Made by a program: the position numbers and the translations under genes | The notes under the pieces: model-generated | Told to the model about the DNA's origin: nothing | Seen by the model: the letters and a program-made list of their open reading frames with translations, nothing else | Databases searched by the model: none | Shown here: positions 20,887 through 30,204 of the stretch, piece by piece | Numbering within the stretch: the stretch's first letter is position 1 | How the letters are laid out: each line of letters starts with the position of its first letter | DNA from: Chloroflexota bacterium | Lineage (GTDB): Bacteria; Chloroflexota; UBA11872; VXOZ01 | Length of the DNA: 64,000 nt | Assembly (NCBI GenBank): GCA_965221905.1 | Contig: OZ244922.1 | Coordinates: 2,240,001-2,304,000 of the forward strand | Direction of reading: 5' to 3'

Positions 20887-21456
20887 ATGGAGCAGTACTT
20901 CCCAGGTTTTTACTGTTGGCAGGGCCAATACCGTCCTGGACGCGAGGCCTACAGTGTCTGGGTGGAAGGCGAGAGCGAAAACGTCCTCATCGATCCCTTT
21001 ACACCGGATGAGGGTCTCAGCCGGTTCAGTCATCCGAGCAAAGCCATCATTGTGCTGCTGACTACCGGCAACCATGAACGCGATGCTTACTCCTGCAAGC
21101 TCGCGCTACGGGCTGAGATTTGGGCCCCGGAAGCGGCATTGAGCGATATGGATATGGTGCCTGACCGGGTCTTTAGCAGTGACGATGAGCTCCCGTGCGG
21201 CATTCAGGCGTACCACCTAGAAGGCTCCCATTCGGAAGGCGAGACCGCTCTGCTCGTGCCCCGCGGCCCAGGCGTGCTCGTGATTGGCGATGGGCTGGTC
21301 GCACGCCCCGATGCAGAATGGCGCGTGTTTCAACCGCATGAGCGCGATGCCCTGCAGTCGTTACGAGATGAGGCGTTCGACGCAATTGTCACGTCTCATG
21401 GCGCGCCGGTGCTCTCCGGTGCGAAAGCAGGCCTACACGCATTCTTGGAGGCGTAG
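20887..21456 (+). CDS. Metallo-beta-lactamase-fold protein
   Basis: VLIDP, TTGNHERD, GSHSEGE, IGD and SHG motifs. Confidence 0.7.
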   Translation: MEQYFPGFYCWQGQYRPGREAYSVWVEGESENVLIDPFTPDEGLSRFSHPSKAIIVLLTTGNHERDAYSCKLALRAEIWAPEAALSDMDMVPDRVFSSDDELPCGIQAYHLEGSHSEGETALLVPRGPGVLVIGDGLVARPDAEWRVFQPHERDALQSLRDEAFDAIVTSHGAPVLSGAKAGLHAFLEA

Positions 21457-21532
21457 CGCCTACAGGGTACGAATTGGGAGAAGTAGTGATATTCATTACT
21501 AATAATGCTAATTAGGCTAACTTCACTAATCT

Positions 21533-21541
21533 TGCTATAAT
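21533..21541 (+). promoter_or_regulatory. Extended -10 promoter (TGCTATAAT), likely leaderless transcript
   Basis: Perfect TATAAT at 21536-21541 with TG at 21533-34; ATG 21548 begins 7 nt after the hexamer; no Shine-Dalgarno. Confidence 0.6.
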
Positions 21542-21547
21542 GTGAGC

Positions 21548-22738
21548 ATGGATCCTATTCAGAACCCATACGCACCCGGAGCAGGCACACGGCCGCCGGA
21601 ACTTGCCGGCCGAGGAGAAATCCGCGAAACCGCGCGAATTGCCTTGGAGCGCATTCGGAGAGGACGCTCCAGCAAGAGCATTATCTTGGTTGGTTTACGG
21701 GGCGTTGGCAAGACAGTACTGCTCAACCTAATACAGGAGGACGCTGCAAAGCGCAACATCTACACCGCAGAGATCGAAGCACCGGAACATCGTTCACTGC
21801 CTGCCACGCTAGCACCCTATTTGCGGAGGATAGTGCTACAACTCTCACGGAAAGAGTCATCACGGGAGCTTGCGCAACGCGCTCTGCGCGGGGTTGCCGG
21901 GTTTGTTAGCGCACTCAAAGTAAAGTACCACGATATTGAAGTTGGCCTTGACTTCCCACCCGAACCCGGCCTTGCTGACAACGGCGACCTGGAGGCCGAC
22001 CTACAGGACTTGCTTGGTGTCATTGGCGAAGCTGCACGTGCGGCGGGAAGCTGCGTAGCCCTCTTTGTCGACGAGATTCAATACGTACGCGAGGAAGAGT
22101 TGGCTGCCTTGATCATTGCCTTGCACCGCACAGCCCAGCGTCAGTTGCCCGTAACCCTTATTGGAGCCGGGCTGCCCCAGGTGCGGGGCCGCACCGGTAA
22201 AGCAAAGTCTTACGCTGAAAGGCTCTTCGACTTTCCCGAAGTCGCAGCGCTCTCACCCGCAGATGCCAGAAGCGCAATTGCCAATCCGGCACAAGCAGAA
22301 GGCGTATTGATCGAAGACGACGCACTTGATGCCATCGTGTCACAAACGAGAGGCTACCCCTATTTCCTGCAGGAGTGGGGCAAGCAGGTATGGGACTCAG
22401 CCGACTCCTCTCCCATAGACGCTTCCGTCGTACGCAACGCTGCCAAGCAGGCAATTGAGAGTCTTGACCGGAGCTTCTTCCGCGTCAGGTTTGATAGACT
22501 AACACCAGCAGAGCGTCGGTATCTCCGCGCCATGGCAGAACTAGGTCCAGGGCCGCATCGTTCTGGCGCCATTGCTCAAATACTAGGCCGGTCGGTATCA
22601 TCTTTGGCTCCGACGCGCGATAACTTGATCAATAAGGGCATGGTTTGGAGCCCAGGGCACGGGGACACAGACTTTACTGTACCGATGTTCGATGAGTTTA
22701 TGCTGCGCACGATGCCCGCGGGTAGCGGTGATAACTAG
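21548..22738 (+). CDS. AAA_16-like P-loop ATPase with C-terminal winged-helix region
   Basis: NPYAPGAG..P.LAGR, Walker A GLRGVGKT, Walker B LFVDEIQ, GYPYFLQ and FTVPMF. Confidence 0.85.
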   Translation: MDPIQNPYAPGAGTRPPELAGRGEIRETARIALERIRRGRSSKSIILVGLRGVGKTVLLNLIQEDAAKRNIYTAEIEAPEHRSLPATLAPYLRRIVLQLSRKESSRELAQRALRGVAGFVSALKVKYHDIEVGLDFPPEPGLADNGDLEADLQDLLGVIGEAARAAGSCVALFVDEIQYVREEELAALIIALHRTAQRQLPVTLIGAGLPQVRGRTGKAKSYAERLFDFPEVAALSPADARSAIANPAQAEGVLIEDDALDAIVSQTRGYPYFLQEWGKQVWDSADSSPIDASVVRNAAKQAIESLDRSFFRVRFDRLTPAERRYLRAMAELGPGPHRSGAIAQILGRSVSSLAPTRDNLINKGMVWSPGHGDTDFTVPMFDEFMLRTMPAGSGDN

Positions 22739-22893
22739 AGCCGTTGCTGTTCTGAACGCCGGGAAATCAACACAGGCCTTGATGACAAGATAGCACGATA
22801 AGATTTGCGCGAGGTTGCAAGATACGGCATACATGCACCGAGCAAACAGTTCATGAAAGTCGTCACGCGACGAGTGTCACAGGAGGAAGACCA

Positions 22894-24243
22894 ATGAAAA
22901 CTAGTGCCCGCCTACGCGGCCCAGTGATCAACACCGAGTTGCCCGGCCCACGTTCCCAGGAATTGATGGCGATTTCTGAAAAATACGAGCCCAAGTCTTC
23001 CAGTGAACAGGTGCCGATTGTGTGGAAGCATGCCGAAGGCGTCTGGGCCACCGACATGGACGACAACACGTTCTTGGACTTCACCAGCGGCGTGCTCGTT
23101 GCAAACGCAGGACACAGCCACCCACGCCTCGTGCGTGCTATGCAAGAACAGGCAGAGAAAGCCGTCAACACGTACGACTTTCTAAACGAGTGGCGCCCGC
23201 AACTTGCCAAGAAGCTTGTAGAGATCACGCCGCCGAACCTCACCCGCGCGATTGTGCTCTCCACCGGGGCAGAGACTATCGAAACGGCTATGAAGATTGC
23301 GCGCCTCTATACCGGCAAGCACGAGATCGTGGCGTTCCATGGCGCCTTTCATGGGCGCACCTTTGGTGCGATGTCGGTAAATGGCAAGCGATCCAGCCCC
23401 GGTATTAAGGGGTTTGGGCCATTCTTGCCCGGCGTCGTCTTTGCGCCTTTCCCCTACCCCTACCGCAGCATTCTCTGCCGCGGCCATGAAGACGAGTGCA
23501 GCGAACGCTGCTTCGAGTACTTCAAGTGGATCATCGAGACCGAGTCCGAAAAAGACATCGCCGCGGTGCTGGTGGAGACCTACCAGGGTTCAGCCGGTTC
23601 GATTATTGCGCCCAAGGATTGGCTGCAGAATATTGCACAGTGGTGCAAGGAGAACGGGGCGCTGCTCATCATCGATGAGGTGCAAGCCTCGTTTGGGCGG
23701 ACCGGCAAGCTATTCGGCTTCGAGCACTACGGTATTGAGCCGAATCTGCTCTGCCTGGGCAAAGGCATCTCATCCACCGTACCGGTCTCGGCTGTTGTAG
23801 GTGAAGAAGACATCATGAATACTTTGACTCCCGGGTCGGTTTCCAGCACCCACGGCGGCAATGCCTTTTCCAGCCGCGTCGCTCTGGAAAACATCAACGT
23901 GATTTTGGAAGAGAAACTGCCCGAGAATGCCGCCCACATTGGTGCATTGCTCGACGCGCGTTTCCGCTCTATGCAAAGCAAGTACCCCGTCATTGGTGAG
24001 GTGCGCGGTCTTGGCTTGGTCTTCGGCATCGAGTTCGTCAAAGACCCCGAGACCCGTGAGCCGGCACCTGAAATGACCCAGGCCATCATAGACGAAGCCT
24101 TTCAGCGCGGGATCGTGATGATCGCACCGATTGGGTTCTACGGCAATGTAATACGCATCGCCCCGCCGCTCGTCATGACGGAGGAAGAGGCGCAACTGGG
24201 CGCGGACCTGCTCGAAGAGGCGATTGCGGCCGTAGTCGGTTGA
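22894..24243 (+). CDS. Class III PLP-dependent aminotransferase (GabT-like)
   Basis: FLDFTSGVLV, FHGRT, IIDEVQASFGRTG, LGKGI and THGGN; RBS GGAGG. Confidence 0.92.
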   Translation: MKTSARLRGPVINTELPGPRSQELMAISEKYEPKSSSEQVPIVWKHAEGVWATDMDDNTFLDFTSGVLVANAGHSHPRLVRAMQEQAEKAVNTYDFLNEWRPQLAKKLVEITPPNLTRAIVLSTGAETIETAMKIARLYTGKHEIVAFHGAFHGRTFGAMSVNGKRSSPGIKGFGPFLPGVVFAPFPYPYRSILCRGHEDECSERCFEYFKWIIETESEKDIAAVLVETYQGSAGSIIAPKDWLQNIAQWCKENGALLIIDEVQASFGRTGKLFGFEHYGIEPNLLCLGKGISSTVPVSAVVGEEDIMNTLTPGSVSSTHGGNAFSSRVALENINVILEEKLPENAAHIGALLDARFRSMQSKYPVIGEVRGLGLVFGIEFVKDPETREPAPEMTQAIIDEAFQRGIVMIAPIGFYGNVIRIAPPLVMTEEEAQLGADLLEEAIAAVVG

Positions 24244-24327
24244 TGCGAAGAACGCGAGAGATATCAATTGCGAAGTCCGTCAGAATCTCAAAGATCCTTT
24301 CATTTGGCTTGCTGGATGGTCCGTACA

Positions 24328-24353
24328 TGGTTCGACAAGCTCACCACGAACGG
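24328..24353 (-). repeat. Half copy of a REP-like palindromic dispersed repeat
   Basis: TGGTTCGACAAGCTCACCACGAACGG is the exact 26-bp reverse complement of 55711-55736. Confidence 0.85.
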
Positions 24354-24383
24354 ACGGCACTCCGATACACTCAGAGCGATCGT

Positions 24384-24459
24384 TTGGAAGACTGACTGGC
24401 AATTGAAAGATAGACTGGTAATTGGAAGATTGATTGGCTATTGGAAGACTGGCTGGCTA
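24384..24459. repeat. Tandem array of 4 x 19-bp imperfect direct repeats
   Basis: TTGGAAGACTGACTGGCAA / TTGAAAGATAGACTGGTAA / TTGGAAGATTGATTGGCTA / TTGGAAGACTGGCTGGCTA, with no spacers. Confidence 0.9.
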
Positions 24460-24509
24460 ACAGAATGGAACGAGCCAGTGCTAGTTTACTCTGAATAGGA
24501 GAAGACATT

Positions 24510-24932
24510 ATGTCAGACCTGCTTACTACCGATTTCAACTACCTTGCCATCCTCGTGGCAGGCATTTCCAACATGGTAATCGGGTTCTTGTGGTACGGGC
24601 CAATATTTGGAAAGATGTGGATGGGCTTGATTGGCAAGACTGCTGACGAACTGAGTTCAAACCCTATTATCTATGTTGTCTCCTTCTTGCTCTCGCTCTT
24701 GATGGCGGTCGTGCTCTCCATCTTCATTCACCACGTCAACGCGAGCATCCAGTCGATGACTCTTCTCATCGGCCTTCTCGTGGCCCTGCTTGCATGGGTT
24801 GGCTTCGTCGGCCCGGCGACGTTTCAGAACAACATGTACTCAGGGATCTCGAAGCGGCTCTTTGTGATTGACTATGGCTACGTGTTGGTCGCTTTACTGG
24901 TCCAAGGAGCTATCATCGGCGTGTGGCGCTGA
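24510..24932 (+). CDS. DUF1761-family membrane protein
   Basis: NYLAILVAG...IGFLWYGPIFGKMWM and IDYGY; four hydrophobic helices; RBS AGGAG. Confidence 0.85.
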   Translation: MSDLLTTDFNYLAILVAGISNMVIGFLWYGPIFGKMWMGLIGKTADELSSNPIIYVVSFLLSLLMAVVLSIFIHHVNASIQSMTLLIGLLVALLAWVGFVGPATFQNNMYSGISKRLFVIDYGYVLVALLVQGAIIGVWR

Positions 24933-24987
24933 AGCAGGAAAGTTCAGCGCTTCGACTACTTTCACCACTTTGCGCTTGAGCAACACC

Positions 24988-25772
24988 ATAGACGACACCG
25001 AGATTACAAGAGTGCAGTCCAACACCCTCCCCTAGCATGGCGATGCCAGAGCGACCATCGAAGCCCTGCTTCCACTCCTCATCGAGGCCGGGGCGAGAGG
25101 TCGCTCGTCGCCCGCCGAAGCGGTGAGCGCGGCACGCCGCCTGATCGCCTATCACGACATCAGGCTCAAGGAACCCAGTATCCGATTCTGGATACAATGC
25201 GAAACTGCATCCCGGAAGATACCTTCATCGTCTGGGATGTCATCCAGTTCGGCTACTACGCCCGCACCAACTACCAAGTGAACCATCCCAAGACCTTCAT
25301 CGATTCCGGCTACTCATTCAACCTCGGATTTTCCTTCCCTGCAGCCATGGGCGTGAAGGTAGCTGAACCCAACCGCCCCGTGGTGTGTGTCATTGGAGAC
25401 GGCGGATTCATGTTTAATTCCCCGGAACTTTCTACGTCGGTCCGGTACGGAATCAATACAACAACCGTCGTCTTCCGAGACGACTCTTACGGCAACGTTG
25501 CCTACGACCTGGACGAGTTCTTTGGCGGATCATACGAAACCGAATTGCTTAACCCGGACCTCGTCGCGTTCGCCGAGTTATTCGGTGCGATCGGCATGCG
25601 GGCGAACGACCCCATGGAGCTGGAAACGCTGCTTCCGCTTGCGCTGGAACGCCAAGCGCCGGTTGTCATTGACGTACCTGTCGGCAACATGCCTCTGCCG
25701 CGCGCTAAGCTGTTGGAGCATCTCCCCTCTGTGCCCTGGGTTGTGCCTCAGGAAGGGCTGATTGAGTCTTAA
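24988..25772 (+). pseudogene. Truncated thiamine-pyrophosphate enzyme (acetolactate synthase-like) pseudogene
   Basis: IDDTEITRVQSNTLP*HGDARATIEALL (TAG 25033-25035), frameshift near 25176 (KEP to QYPILDTMRN), then TPP C-domain GDGGFMF...DDSYGNV; N-terminal domain absent. Confidence 0.8.
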
Positions 25773-25997
25773 GTGACTGCAATTGGGCACTGCCGGGGGG
25801 TTTCCCACAAGGGGAGTCTATCTGGCAGCACTATCTGGATCCGGCTCGGCACAGAGACTAAAATGTGTGCCAACTCCGGGAGAGGCGCTGGAGCTGCTGC
25901 GCCACTGTTGGTTCGCGCTCGGAGCTTATTCCAATCTGGTGATTCGTGTTAGCGGCAAGTTGGCGGTGGGTAGAGGTCCATAGCTGACGGTCAAGCG

Positions 25998-27542
25998 CTA
26001 TTCACGGAGCGCCTTCATCACTAACGGGATCTCGCTGAGCAAGTCCGAGGCTAACAATCCGCTTGCGCCCAGGCGAGAACGCACCCGTTCGCCGGTTTCA
26101 CCGTGAATGAAGGCTCCCGCCACCGCTGCCTCTTGCGGACTGACGGCCTGTGCAAGCAAGCCAGCTATGATTCCTGCCAGCACGTCGCCGGTACCAGCAG
26201 TCGCGAGGGCCGGATTGCGGTGAGGGTTGATGTAGGTCGTGCCGTCAGGCGCCGCGGCAATGCTCGGCGCGCCTTTCGCCAAAACCACAACCCCCCATTC
26301 AGCCGCGCACTGCGGCGCCAACTGCAGCCGCTCCGCATCTACGGCCGCGGCCGGTTGCTGGAGAAGGCGGCCGAGCTCACCGGCGTGGGGCGTGAGAATC
26401 GTGTGGGTTGGCAGAGCATCGCCCAAGTCTAGTCCGGCAAGCGCATTGATGCCGTCGGCGTCAAGCACCAGCGGCGGCGAATCTGCGGCACGATGGAGTT
26501 CGCCCACAAGCTCACGCACGAATTCATACGTCTTAGGATCATCGCCCAAACCACAGCCCATAAGCAACGCGCGGTACCGCGGCAGCGCTTGCTTGATCGG
26601 TCCTAGGGCATCAGGAGTGAGATGTCCGGCTTCATCGGGAAGCGGCAAGAACGTGCACTCAGTGGCTTTCGCCGCAACTATGGGGTGGAGTGAAGCAGGC
26701 AATGCTAGGGTAACGAGACCCGCGCCGGCGCGCGCCGCTGCCGCTGCACTTAGATAGGCTGCCCCGACATAACGCGTAGACCCGGCCACGACCAGCACGC
26801 GACCAAAAGAGCCTTTATGCGCGGTAACAGGGCGTGCTGGCAAGAAGCCCCGCACCTGAGAAGCCGTTGTGCGTTGAAGCGGTAAGGGGTCTGCCCACTC
26901 GTGCGGGATTCCTATGTCCGCAATGAATACCTCACCGGCACAGTCAGCACCTTTGCCGACAAAGCAGCCGGGCTTTGAAAGGCCCGTGGCCAGAGTGAAG
27001 TGCGCCTGGAATGCCTGCGCATCCGCTTCGCCGGTATCCGCATTGATCCCGCTGGGAATATCCACTGCCACGCGAAGCACCTCCGGTGAGAGCCCCCTAT
27101 GCAGTACGGTGAGCACTTCAAGAACGCTGCCACGGAGGGGTGGCGTCGCGCCTGTCCCAAGCAACGCGTCCAGCACACTGTCCGCTGTTGCCAACCATTG
27201 ATCGAGAAGCTGCGCACTGTCGCTTTCTCCGTGACTAGCTACGGGGATGCCAACGGCCAGTGCCCGCGTGAGGTTTACGTCATTGGTGCGACCACGGGTG
27301 AGGTAGACAAAGGGTTTAATTCCAGCCCGCTGGAGGTGATAGGCAGCCACTAAGCCGTCGCCGCCGTTGTTGCCTGAGCCGGCGAGGATGAGCACCCGAT
27401 TCCCGGTAACAACCTGCCCCTTCTGCCTGAGCAATGACGCAATGTTGTATCCGGCAAGTTCCATGAGGGTGCGTTCATCCATGCCGAGGGCGCCGGCATC
27501 AGCCTCCAGTCTTCGCATTGCCGCAGTGTGGGCCAGTTTCAC
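25998..27542 (-). CDS. nnr: Bifunctional NAD(P)H-hydrate epimerase/dehydratase (NnrE-NnrD)
   Basis: LMELAG, GSGNNGGDG, DALLGTG, VDIPSG, HKGSFGRV, DADG, TPHAGE and ATAGTGDVLAG. Confidence 0.95.
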   Translation of the reverse strand: MKLAHTAAMRRLEADAGALGMDERTLMELAGYNIASLLRQKGQVVTGNRVLILAGSGNNGGDGLVAAYHLQRAGIKPFVYLTRGRTNDVNLTRALAVGIPVASHGESDSAQLLDQWLATADSVLDALLGTGATPPLRGSVLEVLTVLHRGLSPEVLRVAVDIPSGINADTGEADAQAFQAHFTLATGLSKPGCFVGKGADCAGEVFIADIGIPHEWADPLPLQRTTASQVRGFLPARPVTAHKGSFGRVLVVAGSTRYVGAAYLSAAAAARAGAGLVTLALPASLHPIVAAKATECTFLPLPDEAGHLTPDALGPIKQALPRYRALLMGCGLGDDPKTYEFVRELVGELHRAADSPPLVLDADGINALAGLDLGDALPTHTILTPHAGELGRLLQQPAAAVDAERLQLAPQCAAEWGVVVLAKGAPSIAAAPDGTTYINPHRNPALATAGTGDVLAGIIAGLLAQAVSPQEAAVAGAFIHGETGERVRSRLGASGLLASDLLSEIPLVMKALRE

Positions 27543-27819
27543 TCTTTAGGCTCCTCAGCGCCTGTTTCGCATTACTTCAAAGCGATAATCGGCAGTGCAG
27601 ACTCATGCACCTGCTCACCATTTTCAAAGACGCGATCTCTCATAGTGATACGTGACAACGGCCTAAGCAAAGAGTGCGTCGACAACATGCGGCTACCCGC
27701 TCTTCTCAAATCAATGACGAATCAGCCGCAAACAGAAAGAGCTCTGTTTTTTCAAGGATGGGCCTAAAAAAGCTTGAGGTTGGCCTCATCTCTGCCATAA
27801 CCTACCTGCCCTCTCAACG

Positions 27820-28665
27820 CTACGTAGCCACCACAACCGCCATGGCAAGGTCGCGGCTGTGGCTCAAACTAACAGCAAAGTAACGCAGATTTAACGCACG
27901 CGCACGCGCCGCCGCCGCTCCATGCAGGTAAACCAACGGCTTGCCGCGCACATCGGGCAGAATTTCCATTTCGCGCCAGCGAATGCCCCAAATACCGGTG
28001 CCCAATGCTTTCGAGACCGCCTCCTTCGCCGCAAAACGCGCCGCAAGTTCCGGTACTCGGCCGCGATAGAGCGCCTGCTCCGCTTCCGTATAAACGCGTC
28101 GAAGAAACCGCTCTCCGTAGCGCTCGACAATGCGAGCAATCCGTGGAATCTCTACTATGTCGACACCAGTGCTAGGCCCGCCTTCCGCAGGCAGCAAACT
28201 TGCTTCGCTCGTACCAGATGGTGAAGGACGGATTAGTCCTCTTCCCGCAATCGTATCAGCAACAATACTTTTCGCGAAAATCTCAGCTTCACCGTCCTCT
28301 GCATCGACAATCACCGCGCGTCGAACGATTCCTTGAGAACGTGTCGGTTTCTGCAAGAGAAAGAGATAGAGTGGAGCTGCAATCTGATTGAAGGCGGTCA
28401 GCAGTGAGGACACGTCTTCCAAATGCGGCCAGACAACCACGCTTGTTCCACCGTGCGCCGCAATTCTCTCAGCGCTTGCCGCCATTGTTTCGGCAAGCCA
28501 CGACACCCCTCTACTACCTACTTCCCCCCGGCTAGAGTCTGTTACTTGGTTTCCAATGGGGGCAAAGTAGCCCGGCATCAACACCGCAGTCTGCGCCAAT
28601 CGTCGTGCAATTGCCTTGCCAAACTGCGCGCCCAACGCAGCATCTCCGGCCAAGACGACAATCAT
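27820..28665 (-). CDS. acpS: Holo-ACP synthase with an about 160-aa N-terminal extra domain
   Basis: C-terminal GVDIVEI.RI, ARFAAKEAVSKALGTG, GKP and VSLSHS; the start overlaps the upstream stop, which supports the long N-terminus. Confidence 0.85.
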   Translation of the reverse strand: MIVVLAGDAALGAQFGKAIARRLAQTAVLMPGYFAPIGNQVTDSSRGEVGSRGVSWLAETMAASAERIAAHGGTSVVVWPHLEDVSSLLTAFNQIAAPLYLFLLQKPTRSQGIVRRAVIVDAEDGEAEIFAKSIVADTIAGRGLIRPSPSGTSEASLLPAEGGPSTGVDIVEIPRIARIVERYGERFLRRVYTEAEQALYRGRVPELAARFAAKEAVSKALGTGIWGIRWREMEILPDVRGKPLVYLHGAAAARARALNLRYFAVSLSHSRDLAMAVVVAT

Positions 28666-29900
28666 TCCCCAACCAGGCTTACATGTTGGATCGCGCCATC
28701 ATACGACCACCCGGTTGACACTATTTCTACCGTGCGGATAAATGTTGGTCGTGGCGTCAATTCGACTAGGTCGATTTCATAAACGTACCACTCGTCCCGA
28801 GGCACGATTGTTGCGCCTCTAGTGGAATACCGCTCATCCGTAGGCAAATCGTAATAGAAACCGTGGTACCAAGGTGTCTCACCGCCGGAAATGTTCCGGA
28901 AGAGAACACGCACCATAATCGGGTATTCTGTTCCGGCAGTCCCACCGCCGGGAAGACTCTGATATATCGCCTTCACCCGCACCGTCAGAATTAGCTCTTC
29001 GAAGTCCCACACGGGGCGGTTGATCTGCTGCACGAGAATAGTGTGGCCGTTTCCGTCACCTGTACGCTTGAAGTAAACACCGTCTGACTGCGGCGTGATG
29101 ATGCCCCTGGGAGGGCGTTCGGAACGATCCTCTTCCCTCCAAGTGTCCTCCCAATCCGGCGAAAGCGCCGTAAAGTCGCCCATCTGGATCAGGTCTTGTG
29201 GGGCTGGCAGCGGCTCCGCGGGCAAGCGGCCGTCCTCCGTTGTCGCCCGCTCTCCGGCAGAGAGCGCCAACAACCGCTGACCGTCACTCACCACCGCGTT
29301 GCCTAAGCGGGCAGCAAGTGAATCGCGAGATTCCGAAATCACCTCGACGGCGAAACTACCTTCCTGCAATGTGGCCAAGAGCGTCGGTGTGCGTACCAGG
29401 AAAGTGCGCTTTTCGGGTGCTAAGACTGGCGCGACAGCTATGCGGCTATACCCCTCCACCTGCTCTACCAGGATTTGCATCTTCTCAGGCCTATACCGCA
29501 CAAGATTGGACGCAACAAGCCTTACCTCACTATCCGGGTACAAATGAATAGTACTGCCGTCCGGCATTTCCAAGAACGCTCGAGCAGTCTCGTGGGTACT
29601 GATGCTATCCCCTGGGTTGAGATGGGTTGCCTCAGATCGCACGACCCAACTCGGTGAACCCGCCGTGAGAACATATACTTGACCGCTTATGACGCGCACC
29701 GGCACCGATACGTCTTGCCGAATGCGCTCAATGGCCCAATCAACTGCGAGCGGGACAGTAAAGACAAGGAGCAAGAAGACAAGAAAGCTGACGATCAGTG
29801 TCGCCCAGGCCAACCGCTGCAGCTCGCGGTATTGACGGCTTGCAGACACCTGTGTAGCGATGAACTGTTGCATGCTATTGCCTGATTTGAAACTCAGCAA
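28662..29900 (-). CDS. Membrane-anchored FecR-domain protein
   Basis: N-terminal TM helix; LNPGDSIST...AFLEMPDGSTIHLYPDSEV and VRTPT FecR-like motifs; C-terminal beta-sandwich-like region. Start may be slightly downstream. Confidence 0.7.
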   Translation of the reverse strand: MLSFKSGNSMQQFIATQVSASRQYRELQRLAWATLIVSFLVFLLLVFTVPLAVDWAIERIRQDVSVPVRVISGQVYVLTAGSPSWVVRSEATHLNPGDSISTHETARAFLEMPDGSTIHLYPDSEVRLVASNLVRYRPEKMQILVEQVEGYSRIAVAPVLAPEKRTFLVRTPTLLATLQEGSFAVEVISESRDSLAARLGNAVVSDGQRLLALSAGERATTEDGRLPAEPLPAPQDLIQMGDFTALSPDWEDTWREEDRSERPPRGIITPQSDGVYFKRTGDGNGHTILVQQINRPVWDFEELILTVRVKAIYQSLPGGGTAGTEYPIMVRVLFRNISGGETPWYHGFYYDLPTDERYSTRGATIVPRDEWYVYEIDLVELTPRPTFIRTVEIVSTGWSYDGAIQHVSLVGE

Positions 29901-30168
29901 AAGCCCCTGAAGTTGATCCGAAAGACGAATCTACAGACTCCACCCGGCTCAGCAAGGGTCCGTTGCTGAGCCGCTGCAACAAGGTCCCTAGAGCGGCAGC
30001 CGGCCCCTCGGCGAGAACCTCTACACTACCGTCGCTCTCTTCGTTGCGCACGTACCCTACCAGCCCAAGCCGTGCCGCGGCGTGCGCAACGTACTGGCGA
30101 TAGCCTACGCCTTGCACTCTACCATATTCACGAGCGCATAGCCGTCGCTGATCGAAGGGCTTGCTCAT
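29875..30168 (-). CDS. acyP: Acylphosphatase
   Basis: GRVQGVGYR, GYVRN..DGSVEVLAEG and GP..SRV. Confidence 0.93.
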   Translation of the reverse strand: MSKPFDQRRLCAREYGRVQGVGYRQYVAHAAARLGLVGYVRNEESDGSVEVLAEGPAAALGTLLQRLSNGPLLSRVESVDSSFGSTSGAFAEFQIRQ

Positions 30169-30204
30169 GCTTCCTCCGAGCGAGCATGTACCAGCCCGCT
30201 TGGC

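Noticed and set aside
24384-24459. CRISPR array interpretation of the 19-bp repeats (also the 10-bp repeats at 51.7 kb)
   Set aside because: Units are contiguous with no unique spacers, and there are no cas genes in the window.
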